Source: Podarcis gaigeae (Eukaryota). From it: a stretch of 64,000 nucleotides of DNA. Shown one piece after another: positions 1 through 12,290 of the stretch (position 1 is its first letter; the number at the start of each line of letters is the position of its first letter). The stretch is from the NCBI GenBank assembly GCA_964106915.2, contig OZ066919.1; one strand, given 5' to 3'. A program made the translations under genes and the position numbers. The notes under the pieces were generated by a model that ran no database searches, was not told where the DNA came from, and was given only the letters and a program-made list of their open reading frames with translations.

Positions 1-357
1 TCCCCAGCCACTTCCAACAAAATATTAAAATACAATAGTCGTTAAACATTTAAAGCTTCCCTAAACAGAACTGCTTTCAGATGTCTTCTAAAAGTCTGGT
101 GGTTGTTCTTCTCTTTGACATCTGGTGGAAGGGCATTCCACTGGGCGGGTGCCACTACCAAGAAGGCCCTCTGCCTGGTTTCCTGTAACTTGGCTTCTCA
201 CAGCGAGGGAACTGCCAGAAGGCCCTCAGTGCTGGACCTCAGTGTCCGGGCAGAACGATGGGGGTGGAGATGCTCCTTCAGGTATAGTGGAGTGAGACCG
301 TTTAGCACTTTAAAGGTCAGCACCAACACTTTGAACTGTGCTTGGAAACGTACTGGG
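1..357 (-). mobile_element. L2-clade LINE, 3' fragment
   Basis: Reverse strand encodes an L2 ORF2 C-terminal segment (LPVRFQAQFKVLVLTFK...VAPAQWNALP) followed by 3' UTR; same family as 43147-43352. Confidence 0.8.
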
Positions 358-1050
358 TCTCAGATATCATTGCACATCTCTCCTAAACACTGAAGAAAAG
401 CAATAGGTTTGCTACCAAACACAAGAAATCATCTTTCAGCAGTATATGACAGGACCTCTCCTTTCTAGTCCTGCCATAATGATATTCACATCTTATGATC
501 TGTAACGAAGATAAAAAATAAAAAGAGCCAAGGGGGGGGGGGGAATCAGAATTCCAAACACTGCTTTAATAAGAGCAAAAGCTTTTTCTCTCATCCTAGC
601 CCTGAGGCAAATAAATGAAAATGTCTGCCCAATATTCTTGTAGGTTTAAACTGAATGGAAGTGTTCCTTTTGAAAAGCTCGTTCTGTCTGACAGTCGTGA
701 ATGTGTTCCTATTTCAGTCTCTCTTTGGACACCCATCTTGTCTGTGCTGACGTGGCTTTTCATTTAGCTAAAGATTAACAGGATGCAACAGAATGACAGG
801 AATCCAGGACAACTTCACTGCACAGAACGCAATTGTTCCTATCCGTGTGTGTGTGTGTGATTGGGTACCAAAAATAGTGTTGAAAGCACTATTGCTTGCA
901 ATATCCCTGACACAAAGGTACTATTATTATCTCCATATTGTTGAAATGAGAGAAAGAAACTTGCCTAAGACCATTTAATTGAATTCATAACACAGCTGAC
1001 ATCTGAGTTAGGGACTGAATCAACTTCTTCAGCACCATGCTACCCTTCCA

Positions 1051-1140
1051 GCTGCAAACCCATACATACTTACCAGGGAGTAAGCCCCTTTCAACTCAGT
1101 GATGTTTACTTCAGAGTAGAGATGTATAGAGTTTCATTGC
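1051..1140. mobile_element. Short palindromic MITE-like repeat (best-preserved copy of a family recurring across the window)
   Basis: Imperfect inverted arms catacatacttaccagggagtaagc / gtttacttcagagtagagatgtatag; many degraded copies at 21-24 kb and 35-42 kb. Confidence 0.6.
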
Positions 1141-2919
1141 AAATCTCAAAAATTATCACCTATCTGTTTTTTTAATACACGCAAGTGTGTGTGTGTATCT
1201 TCAGTTCTGTCTATAACTTTGCACATATATCTTTTGATTTCTTTTGCTGAGGTGTGTTAAATATAACGCCCCAAAAGCTCCAGAGAGTCATTTATTTCAA
1301 AAGTATTTCAACTGTCTGCATTGGAATAAAAACTGCAATGCAAGTGTTGTTATAGTGATGGCTTTATAAAGTACAAAATGCAGTGAACAATGCTCCTTTT
1401 AGAGGGCCCTGGATAGTTGCAAGCCATGGCAGAACAGTGTAGAAATTCATTTCATCTCTTTTATGATTAGTTTTCTGTAAAAACCATGCCATGTACAATC
1501 AAAGGCACACTCTAATATTGCCAAACATACATCCTATGAACAGTGTGAATGGAGTGAGGTGGGTCTGGGATGTGTTATCGCCAAAGCAATTGCAGCAGAA
1601 CAATTATTCCCGTTTTGAATAAAAGTGCACTGTGAACTTCTCAACTGATTACAGTTCTTCCCTTCTTTCTGAAACAACTCCCGGTTCGATTAATTAGCTA
1701 GTTAAGCTAAGTATTACAGCATCTCTGTGCCATTAGCAATTTGAGGTTCTTTGCTGAAGGTCACTTTGCTAATATGCCAGAGACACATGGAGCCTGTTGC
1801 ACATATCATGGTTAAAACCTGAATGTAGGCATCAGCTTCAATTAAGATCGGATCAAAATCTACATTTTAATATCGGATTAATCAGTGGGTGCTTTAATCA
1901 TGCCCGTGCATCTATTAATGCTCTCTTCGTCCCTAATTACTTGGGAACAAGAGGACTACTAGAGAAGGGGGTTCTACAACTGTAACAACTGTGCAGCGCA
2001 GTCAGGGAAACTAATAGAAGAAGGGAGGTAAATCCTGTTGTTCCTGTCAGCAAGCTGCATGAACAGGACCTGTGTGCATTTCTCCTTTCCACAGTTACAC
2101 AGCAGACACTTTACACTCTTGGAATCCTTAAGTACAGCAGAATGGAAATGGCACTGGAGAGTCGAACTGTAAGTGGGAAGGGCGGAGAGTCTCTTGAAAT
2201 GAACTGCACACAGTCCGTTGTGTTGGCATGATTGATACTGGAGCATGTAGGTGTAATGAAACTGATGCTGTCTCCTCTGCACCTGTGATTTATTGAGTAC
2301 AAATTTAAGATGAGAAAAGGCCCCATACCAAGAGCTGCATCTTCCCCCTCAAAGGGAGGCTGCTCATCCATCACCGACCATTGCAAGAGGCCCAATAGCG
2401 AGCTGCTCATCAGATGAGGCAATAGTCTCTTTGTTGGGATTCCTAACAAGTGTTGGATCAGCAAAAGTCTATTTAGACTTGTGGACCTTTCAGGACCAAT
2501 TTGTAGTGGGTCACTGATTCTGCTTGTGTATTATCTTCTTTACTTACTTGTACCAGTTGGGCAAGCAGCAGAGATTAATGGTTTTAGCTGCTGACTGTTT
2601 GTGGCAATCTACCACATCTGGAGCCAAAGATTAAGATTTGTGTAAGAGTGTGTGCTTGTGTGCTTGTGCATGTATGGCTTACCACCGTGGCTGAGTTAAT
2701 GGACAGAGAGCCTTTGTGCTGTTGAACATCATATTCTTACTCTGTCACTGAAAACCACACATTTTTATCCTGTTCACTTCTTTCAGTATTTTGATGGCCA
2801 TGTTTAGGGAGTCATCATAGTTTTATTTTTTGGAAATCCAATTTAAATACAGATATCCATGTTGTAGCTGTCATGGTGAGGCCATTGTAAATCGCTCCAT
2901 ATAACGAACAGTGTTATTA

Positions 2920-3100
2920 AATTATTACCTTTATATCCCACCTTATTCTGCAAGGAACTCAAGGAGTGTAGTTATTCCCAGCTCTCTATTCTCATCACAG
3001 CATCCCTGTGAGGTAGGGCTAGTCTGAGAGACAGCCAAAGAATACTGAGCAAGGATTTAAATCAGGGATTTCCCTGACCCACAGCTCTAATAACCAATCC
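2920..3100 (-). mobile_element. Degraded MIR/Ther1-like CORE-SINE
   Basis: tatatcccacctt...aaggaactcaagg...catccctgtgaggtagg resembles the antisense CORE/L2-tail of MIR-type SINEs. Confidence 0.5.
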
Positions 3101-3457
3101 CACACTGGTTCTTTCTGGTTTGTGTTCACCATGGAAATTGGGTGACTTTTTCCACTCCACTACCAACCTTTTCTGAGATGTTTGCACCGATATGAAGAAA
3201 ACTGATCCACATGATGAGGCAGTAGAAAAGACATAAAATTTCTGGAAATGTTGAATCCATGGGCGGGGGGACAACTGTTTTTTGTTTTTAATGGAAATTT
3301 TTGAGGAAATTGAAATCCATTGATTTCAGGATCTCATCCAAAACTGGCACAATCTTGTCTGAAATTGGCACCAGTGGTGGCAGTACTTCTCTTCCATCAG
3401 TCAGTGTGGCAGGGTGCATGGCAGTGGCACAGCAGGGGGTGGCAAGAGCAGGTAGGT

Positions 3458-3705
3458 CATGGGTAGGCAAACTAAGGCCTGGGGTCCAGATCTGGCCCAA
3501 TCGCCTTCTAAATCCGGCCCGCGGACAGTCCGGGAATCAGCGTGTTTTGACATGAGTAGAATGTGTCCTTTTATTTAAAATGCATCTCTGGGTTATTTGT
3601 GGAGCATAGGAATTTGTTATTATTTTTTTCAAAATATAGTCCAGCCCCCCACAAGGTCTGAGGGACAGTGGACCAGCCCCCTGCTGAAAAATTTTCTGAC
3701 CCCTG
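3458..3705 (+). mobile_element. Non-autonomous hAT (Charlie/OposCharlie1-like) MITE
   Basis: Termini CAtGGGT...ACCCCTG; perfect 8-bp TSD aggtaggt at 3450-3457 and 3706-3713; second copy at 49368-49601. Confidence 0.85.
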
Positions 3706-3939
3706 AGGTAGGTGATAGCAGCAGTGGCAGCACAAAGTGGCACTCCCTGTTCTGCCTCAAGCAGTGGGACAAGAAGTGGACCCGAAAGACTTCGAAATAA
3801 GGACAAAAAATCCTTCCAGGAAGATTGGGAACTTCTCTGCCCTACTTTACAAAAGAACATAATTTACCTAGATAGTGTGCACATTTTAAAATTTAAAAAG
3901 CTTAAAGCAGCTGAGCTTAGGAACAAGGAAGAAATATTA

Positions 3940-4299
3940 ATGTGATTGTACTGGACCTTGTTTGCAGTTTCCAAACCAATACATTAACAAAAATACACCT
4001 TTGAAATCCACAAATCTCTGAATTTTGCAATGCATTTCTGCAATAATAAATGTGTACATTGAGCAAAGATGCACGCAGAAATATATTATATTGGAGAAAG
4101 CTGTTTGCAAAAATGCATATATTGGTCAAAGTTACATATAAATTCATGTACTGGGGAAATTATTAAACATTTGCTATGCAGTTTTTTTAAAAAAAATAAT
4201 AATAATCACAAACTGAAGGGGAAATGGAGAAAACTGAATTCAGGACTGGAAAATGAGGTATGGAGAGAAAGCAGATTTCATGGATTTGTCCAACCCTAG
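3940..4299 (+). mobile_element. AT-rich non-autonomous DNA element (probably hAT), partial
   Basis: Shares tctgaattttgcaatgca...aatgtgtaca...ggagaaa and the terminus ccaaccctag/ccatccctac with copies at about 9060-9516 (-), 12590-13000 and 60620-61310. Confidence 0.55.
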
Positions 4300-5056
4300 C
4301 TTAGGACAGAATTTCTGCATCTTCCAAGTAAACTTTAAAAGGTTCTTAAAAGTTTAGGGTAAATTGAAAAGAACAGTAAATCAAGCAAATGTGAAAATGA
4401 ATACAAAACATCATGCTTACCAACTACAAAACAAGTAAGAAGTTTTATAAATTGCCACTAGCCAATTTCAGTTAAATGCAGCTACCCTCCACTGCCCTAG
4501 AGTGCAAAGTCAGTTTTCTTTATCACCGTACCAGCATGGACACACTGTAGTCCCCAAACTCCTATAACAGACAGAATCATGCGAGTGTCAAAATACAGAG
4601 GTTAATGTCTGCTTGTTAGGAAGTCTGCTGAAAATATAACCTTGTTTGTTCGTTCATTTGCTCAAATCAATTTTACTTTTCAACGTAAAATTCCCAAGGC
4701 TGCTTACAACATATTTTAAAATCAATAACAATAAAACCATCAAAACAAAACAACAGTAATTGTTTTCTTCAGGTGGGGAATCCCAAAGAGCATTGAAAGT
4801 TACTAAACTGCCTGACCAGCCCTCATGTCTGAGCCCATTAAATGTTTGAGAAATCAAACTATTTTTACCTGGAATCTGATAAGTGATCATATTTGTTGCC
4901 AGATGACCAGATAAGTGAGGAAGAGAGACAGAGAGAGATCTGTTATTAAGGTGCCACAATCAAGGAGGCCCTACTTCTAGCTGCAAGATATGTCACCTTA
5001 GATGAAATGGCTTGTGTGTCCAAAAAGATAAAACAGAATTCTTAACTGATTCTAAC

Positions 5057-5438
5057 TGGCGCTGTGGTCTAAACCACTGAGCCTCTTGGGCTTGCCAATT
5101 GGAAGGTTGGCAGTTCAAATCCTTGCAATGGGGTGAGCTCCCGTTGCTGTGTCCCAGCTCCTGCCAACCTAGCAGTTCAAAAGCACGCCAGTGCAAGTAG
5201 ATAAATAAGTACTGCTATGGCAGGAAGATAGACGGTGTTTACCTTCAGGGCATCCGTCACGGTATTCCATTGCACCAGAATCGGTTTAGTCATGCTGGCC
5301 ACATGACCCAGAAAGCTGTCTGTGGACAAATGCTGGCTCCCTCAGCCTGAAAGCGAGATGAGCACTGCAAGCCCATAGTCACCTTTGACTGGACTTAACC
5401 ATCCAGGGGTCTTTTACCATTACCTTTACCTTTACCTT
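5057..5438 (+). mobile_element. Sauria SINE (Squam1), older CpG-depleted copy
   Basis: tRNA-like head ggcgctgtgg...ggcagttcaaatcc, body ctgccaacctagcagttc / gtcatgctggccacatgacc, (ACCTTT)n tail. Confidence 0.9.
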
Positions 5439-5818
5439 AAAGCAATAGTCAAGGGAAAAATCTCAACAGCTAAGAGAAGGGCAGTTTGGTGAATGGAATA
5501 CAATCAAGTTTTGTTATGCTTGGCACTGCACTCCAAACCCTGGCTAGGGAGTGGCGGGCAAATTGTTTCACCAGCTCCGGGCAAGACCAGCTCTTGATCC
5601 TCTGGCAGAACTTCCATTTGCCTCCATGGGTCAGCTAGGATGGGGAGTTCCACATTGGCAGAGTGATACTGGCCTCACTCTGTGGGCCAAGGTTGGTGGA
5701 AGCTGGTAGGGTTGGAAAGATGGGCATCTCCACCTATTCAAACCCTCCCCCAGTCCAGTGCGAAGAAGGTTTGGATTGCAGCCTTAATATTTTTTTGTTT
5801 TGTTAACAAGTTCTAAAC

Positions 5819-5954
5819 CAGACATAGGCAAACTTGGCCCTCCAGATGTTTTGGGACTACAACTCCCATCATCTCTGACCACTGGTCCTGTTAGCTAGGG
5901 ATGATGGGAGTTGTAGTCCCAAAACATCTGGAGGGCCAAGTTTGCCTATGCCTT
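5819..5954. mobile_element. 136-bp palindromic hAT MITE
   Basis: Near-perfect hairpin along its whole length; 8-bp TSD ttctaaac at 5811-5818 and 5955-5962; second copy at 62182-62317. Confidence 0.9.
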
Positions 5955-5962
5955 TTCTAAAC

Positions 5963-6630
5963 TGTATTGGCAATGTAAAGAGAAAGAGGGCACTTTTTAC
6001 CATATGTGGTGGCATGTACATTAGTAAAGGCTTTCTGGGAAATGATATATAATGAACTTAAGAAAATGTTTAAAAATAGATTTGTTAAAAAAAACCAGAA
6101 GCCTTTTTACTAGGTATTATAGGTGAAGAGTTTCCCAGAGAAGATAAAAGACTTTTTATGTATGCAACAACAGCAGCGAGAATGCTACTAGCCCAGAGAT
6201 GGAAGGAAGGAGAAATATCAACAAAAGAAGACTGGCAGATGAAACTGATGGATATTGCAGAAATGGCAAAACTGATGGGGAAGATCTGAAACCAGGAAGA
6301 TCAAGTATTTTCTAAAGACTGGAATTAATTTGTAATTTACTTAAATGACCACTGTAAACAGTTAAAATATTTGGCAAGGATGTAAAGACATTTATAATGT
6401 GGAATTGTTGTAATGATAATTATGGTTATATAATAGTAATATAATAATATAATAGTAATATAATAATATAATAATTGTGGTTATATAAGGGTAAAAGATG
6501 CAGTAAATTTAATCTTAAAGATGGAACCCATGGAGGGAGGGAAGGAGATCTAAGGGTTCAAAAGAACTCTGTATTTTAATGTTTGAAATCGCTACGTTTT
6601 ATATGTATTGAAAATTTTCAAAAACTTAAT
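5963..6630 (+). mobile_element. L1/Tx1-type LINE 3' fragment
   Basis: Encodes WQCKEKEGTFYHMWW (CCHC knuckle region) then FWEMIYNELKKMF...FMYATTAARMLLAQRWK, then an AT-rich 3' UTR; homologous to 59770-60620. Confidence 0.75.
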
Positions 6631-7538
6631 TAGAAATTATAATAATATTTTTTTGTTTTGTTTTAAAAGAAGACAATAAGGGTGAGCATGCTGGCAATGC
6701 ATAAAACTACACATGCTTTGAAGAAAGTGGTCAGAAAATGTTTTGCTCCCTCTCCCATTATGCTTGAACCCATGCCACACATTACTTAATTGTATAGTTT
6801 AGCTCTGTGTGTTTATTTTCACTTTAATAGGGAGGCATAGGGGCACGATTAAGATTAGGGCTATGGTAGGGGTGAAGTGTTTCTTTGATCCTTTATTCCC
6901 ATACCACAGTCAAACCAAAAGATGCCCCCATTCCCAAATCCCTATTTGCATTAGGAAAGAAGCTGCCCTACTGGGGACAATTTTTGTCATGATCATGGCA
7001 CAGGCATAAAGGGTTAAAAAGTGCTACCTTTTCAAGTCCTGATCCTCCTGCTCGTCCACTTTCTATAGTGTGTACAAACTGAAAAAAGTAAATATGCAGC
7101 GCCAAACTATTTGTTTGCTCTATAACTGAGAGTCACTCAAAAGCATTGATTGGCAGCAGATTCAGGATAGGCCAGAGAAAATATTTCTACACACAGTGCA
7201 TAATAAATTTATGGATTTCAACACCATCTAACATAACATACAGACCATAAATTGCAATCCAATACACACAACAATCTGCTAAGCAAAATCTAGCACAGTT
7301 TTCCCCCTGACTCAAACCTCTTTAGATGTTTTTTATTTCTTATTTTGCTTTTCTATCCCAAGGAGGAGGATTTTTGCTTTTCTTTCCTCCAAAGAGACCA
7401 CAAACAGAACCTCAGAGCAACACCATTCTCCACACCTGCAGTTCTGGGTAATTGTCATTCAAACACATGCCAAAATCATGCAACAGCAATGGAAGACAAG
7501 GAATAAAGGCCAGTGAATGTGAGTAATTTTAATTACGA

Positions 7539-8160
7539 TCATAGAATTAGAGAGTTGGAATGGAGTTAGCAGTCCTTTAACCCGACCTTTAACCCAACCT
7601 TATGTATGGAAATGAAAGCTAGACCATAAAGAAGGCTGGTCGCTGAAGAATTGATGCTTTTGAATTATGGTGCTGGAGGAGACTCTTGAGAGTCCCGTGG
7701 ACTGCAAGAAGATCAAACCTATCCATTCTTAAGGAAATCAGCCCTGAGTGCTGACTGGGAGGACAGAACCTGAAGCTGAGGCTCCAGTACTTTGGCCACC
7801 TCATGAGAAAAGAAGACTTCCTGGAAAAGACCCTGATGTTGGGAAAGATGGAGGGCACAAGGAGAAGGGGACGACAGAGGATGAGATGGTTGGACAGTGT
7901 TCTCGAAGCTACCAGCATGAGTTTGACCACACTGCGGGAGACAGTGGAAGACAGGAGTGCCTGGCATGCTCTGGTCCATGGGGTCACGAAGAGTCGGACA
8001 CGACTAAACGACTAAACAACAACCAACCCAACCTTGCTTCAGCAGCTTTGGTATTCCTGAGAGGTGACTATCCAGCTTCTATTGAAATATCTCCAGTGAA
8101 GGCCAGCCCATCCCCCTGAGGCAGGTGGTTCCCCTGTTGAGCAGTTCTTTTCATTAGCGA
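7539..8160 (-). mobile_element. CR1 LINE 3' fragment, interrupted by Bov-B
   Basis: catagaattagagagttggaa tail motif on the left; ctatccagcttct...ttcccctgttgagcagttctt continues to the right of the Bov-B. Confidence 0.65.
7602..8024 (+). mobile_element. Bov-B (RTE clade) LINE, 5'-truncated
   Basis: Translates to ...LEKTLMLGKMEGTRRRGRQRMRWLD...; 3' end gagtcggacacgactaaacgactaaacaac; 11-bp TSD aacccaacctt at 7591-7601 and 8025-8035. Confidence 0.92.
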
Positions 8161-8897
8161 GTTTCTCCTGATGCTTCCCTGCCATTTCCACCCAAATAGT
8201 CATTTTAATAACAAAAGCAACTGAGAATTCCATACGTGTAGTGGGTGGCCAGGGATACTGGACTTGATGGATTTTTGGTTTGATCCAACAGGATTCTTCC
8301 ATTTTTATATTTTCAGAACATTTGACAGGACACTCAAGGATGGTTTGTATTCATTTGCTGCATATGTTTCTCTCATTAACTTAAAGGAGCTGCACAAAAT
8401 TGAAAAGAAAGGATAGGTATAAAGACAATCCCTTCACTGGGAATCCTTTTATTAGGACAGAGCAGCTCAGTGGGTGAGGAATGCATGCATTCAACAATCC
8501 CATTTTTAAAGAAAAGAATGTGATCATTTCTTAATAAAAATGATCTAATTATCTCAATAATTCTCTTTTTTAGATGCAGAAAAAATGTCTTTTCTATTCT
8601 AGCTGCTCTGTTTCAAGGATCATCAATCACAGTCATTGGGGTCATCCAACCCTACCACGATACCAGTTGTATACACACTACTATACAGGATTTCATTTTG
8701 TGTGGCTGAGCTCAAGGACAAGATGCTGTTTAACCAGCTGATGAGACTGGGAAGACAGAAATCAGGATGATGTGAAACATTACATTGCACTGTGGATTCC
8801 AAGAGGTAACGGAAGACCCAAATGTTGGGTTTTGTACAATAAAAACAGACCAACCTCAAACACTACAGTCAGCCTGGTATAGGCCCACTCACCCAGG

Positions 8898-8898
<1 letters not shown>

Positions 8899-8940
<42 letters not shown>
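8899..8940. repeat. (AAT)n microsatellite
   Basis: Direct read. Confidence 0.95.
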
Positions 8941-8941
<1 letters not shown>

Positions 8942-9612
8942 TACTGAAAACAGGCATTGCTATAGTTCAAAATGCATCAATCGTTTTAACCACAATGTCC
9001 TGTTTGAGATTTACTTATTTATTAAATCTTGGTGACTTGCATCAGAACAGTATTCAAATACAATATATAAGGACCTGAAAATCTGACTTTTTGGGGGTTT
9101 CTCTCCATTTCTTGTTGTCCCAGGCTTAAATTCAGATTTCTACATTTCCACATCAGTCTGCATTTTTCAAAAAGCCTTCATGAGAGTTCATCAGCATATT
9201 AGAGAAAACTGATCCTGAAACACACACATTGTATGCAATTTTGCCTAAATATACACATTCTTTTTGCAAAGCAACATCCCCTCATATAATGCTTTTGTGT
9301 GTGCTGTTTTCACTAATATATTTACTGTTATGTATGCTTTGCCCTAGCATATGCATTTTTTTGTACACATTACCTAGCTATAGAACTGCATTGCAAAAGT
9401 CAGAGAAGTGCAGACATCAAAGGCTGGCTGTGTTTTAGTTCATGTATTGTTTCACAAAGTGCAAAATAAGTAGATTGCCTTGAAATGCAAACTAAATCAA
9501 ATTTCTCCCCCATCCAATGGAATCTATAGCCATTAAAAGCAACAATAAACAGCAGCAAAAGTTCCTTTCAGCAGAAGAATTGTGAATGCAGCTGCAGTGC
9601 TTTACTCCTGAT

Positions 9613-10318
9613 CAGTGTTCGAAACTCCAGTTGTTCTAGGCACATTTAGTGACAGGGAATTTCATTAGCATGAGCAGTTTCTGAGCTCTGGACCAGTGCT
9701 GGATTTACGTATAAGCTAAACAAGCTATAGCTTAGGGCCCCACTCTCTTGAGGGCCCCCAAATAATTTAAAGGGGGAAAACACTGGAATGGTACGTTTTC
9801 AAAATATAAAATAAAAAAACAAATAAAATGAAACCTACATGCAGCAACAATGTTTTGTGTTGTGCATGGACCTATTAGGTCCATAAATTACCACATAGCA
9901 TGTATTCAACACACAAAACAGTGACAATTTGTTGTTGACAAAGGACAGCTGGACATATAAAGGGTCCCATTACCTTCAGTAGTTTAGGGCCTCATCAAAC
10001 CTAAATCCAACCCTAGTCTGGACACAGTACTGAGCCTAAGATTTCAGATTAAAACTGCAGAGTGGAAGGAAAAGAGGGCCTTTTTCTGCCTCCCCACTTC
10101 CAGCTACTCTCTGGAGAAGAGACCCTCTTAAGAATATTAGGGATAGGTGAGCAGGGGAAGGACTAGGCCATGTGAAAAATGAACATAATATTTTAGCTGC
10201 AGTTCACTCATTTTCAGCTTTGTATTCTTGATATAAAGAAAAAGTGTGCTTAGACATTCCACTGTTGCACCCATTACCAGGTTTAAGGTGCCATTTAGCT
10301 CCTAGCTTTCGAACACTG
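9613..10318. mobile_element. Non-autonomous hAT element (host of a nested MITE)
   Basis: 12-bp perfect TIR cagtgttcgaaa / tttcgaacactg; 8-bp TSD ctcctgat / ctcctaat. Confidence 0.8.
9694..10015. mobile_element. hAT MITE nested in 9613-10318
   Basis: Imperfect TIR cagtgctggattta / taaatccaacccta; 8-bp TSD ctctggac / gtctggac. Confidence 0.75.
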
Positions 10319-10350
10319 CTCCTAATTACAGGTTTCACTATTATCCCTCT

Positions 10351-10596
10351 GCCAGTGAGGTGTAGTGGTTAAGAGCGGTAGACTCATAATCTGGTGAATC
10401 GGGTTCGCGCCTCCGCTCCTCCACATGCAGCTGCTGGGTGACCTTGGGCCAGTCACACTTCTCTGAAGTCTCTCAGCCCCACTCACCTCACAGAGTGTTT
10501 GTTGTGGGCAAGGAAGGGAAAGGAGAATGTTAGCAGCTTTGAGACTCCTTCGGGTAGTGATAAAGCGGGATATCAAATCCAAACTCTTCTTCTTCT
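10351..10596 (+). mobile_element. Ther1/MIR-derived CORE-SINE (Squam3-like)
   Basis: tRNA-like head ggtgtagtggttaagagc...gggttcg, CORE gggtgaccttgggccagtcac, L2-like tail and (CTT)n end; three near-identical copies in the window. Confidence 0.85.
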
Positions 10597-11577
10597 CTGC
10601 TTCTGATGTTAAGGCTATGAATGCCATTGCTTATGATGCCCAAATGCTGGAGGGTGGGAATGGAAAGCAAGGGGAATGTGGGTGGGGGACATAGATTGGC
10701 TGGACTCTGAAACACCTGCATTCCATGTTGCAAGTCCCACTTGTGGACAGTGGCAGACCTTCATGCTCTGGCACCGGGAGCAGAGAACAGGTGGGGCTGG
10801 CACATGTCCTGGGGATGGGGCATGCCACCTGCAGGGGCGTGGCACCCAGCACGGGCAGGGGGGCAGCCATGATGGCACCCCACCGGGATTGCGCTACCGG
10901 AGGCGGTCCACTCCCCTCGCACTCCTCTTCCTCCGCCAGTGCTTGTGGAATTATTTACATATGTTCCTGTATGTCCTTTCCCCCTGCTAGTTCCACTTTT
11001 ATATCATCTCACTACCGGGAGGTCTGAGGAATAGGTGGCAACATTGCTGCTATATAGAGAGAGAGAGGTTGTTTTTTTAACCCACCTGTAAACTACAATA
11101 TTCCCACAAAAAGAGTGATTGCAAGGTGGGGCTTGGAGACTATTAAATGAGACAGACAAAAGCAAGTGATAACCTGTGCAGCTAATCCAAGCTGTACACT
11201 GTAACCTGCAAAGATCGATATGAACAGGCTTAATGGACCATCTGCAGCTGAAACCCATTTTATGCCTCCTTTTCTCCGAGAAACCACCAACCCTAACCCC
11301 ACAACACTTCTGGTTTAGCACTAAAAACAGCATGCACTAAACAAGGGATAGTCAACTTGATCCCCTCCAGATGTTCATAGACTCCCATCAGCCCTAGACA
11401 TCATACCCAATAGGCAGGAATGATGGGAGTTGTTGTAGTAGGACTTGGAGGATTCCATGTCCACTCCCAGGCAAGGCTCCATATCATGACAGGTGGTGGA
11501 AAGGGCGGGTGTACATTGTCCCCTTAGCCATATGCTAAGTTGCCATTCAGGTGCTACCTAAACTACAAACCCACATC

Positions 11578-11750
11578 CATAAGAATATAAGAAGGGCCCC
11601 GCTAGATCAGACCAAAGTCCCATCTCGTCTAGCATCCTGTTCTCACAGTAGCCAACCAGACGCCTATGGAAACCCCACGAGAAAGGCCTGACTGCAAAAG
11701 CAGCCTCTTCATGGCCCCAGCAACTGGTATTCAGGGCCATACTGTCTCTG
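11578..11750 (-). mobile_element. CR1-type LINE 3' end
   Basis: cataagaatataagaagggccc..gatcagaccaaag..ccatct..tagcatcctgttctcacag; related plus-strand pieces at about 53880-54058 and 58070-58160. Confidence 0.6.
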
Positions 11751-12127
11751 ACATGTAGGTAGAATATAGTCTTATCCTCCACAAATTTGTTTTATTTTCC
11801 CTTAGCTGCTGGGAAATCCTCTATTTGTAATTCAATGGCAGACCAGAGTGTCAGCTGGCAATGGTGGTTGCTCGCCGGTAACCAGACAGGACTCTGACCT
11901 GTCTTTTACAGATTATATTTTGGTGCAAAACTATTTACGGTACAGAACCACAAGTTCATGTCTGCCTCAATTGCTAGCAGAATCTGGGAGTGGTCCCTTC
12001 TGGGTCCTCCCCCAACATAAGAACTTAGTCACTCCTAGCCATTTCCTTCCTTCTTTGCATTTTACCCCTCTGCGCAAGGTGGGTGACAGAAGAGGCATGT
12101 TTCCCTCCTGGCCGGCTTGGCAAGGAG

Positions 12128-12290
12128 CAGTGCTGAGGCTCCCAGCAGCATCCTCTAGCCCTTTACCCTCCTTTACCCTGGAGGTGTGGCTTTCCCCACC
12201 CTCAGACTGATGAGGTGCAGCGCTGGGGCTCCCAGCAGCATCCTCTGGTCCCTTCCCCTCTTCCCCACTGGAGGTGTGGCTTTCCCCACC
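12128..12290. repeat. Tandem duplication, ~90-bp period, two copies
   Basis: cagtgctgaggctcccagcagcatcctct...ggaggtgtggctttccccacc occurs twice. Confidence 0.85.

Noticed and set aside
8735-8790. Hammerhead ribozyme-like ctgatga...gaaa (also 12207, 22185, 57217)
   Set aside because: No stem II closing pair or stems I/III could be formed
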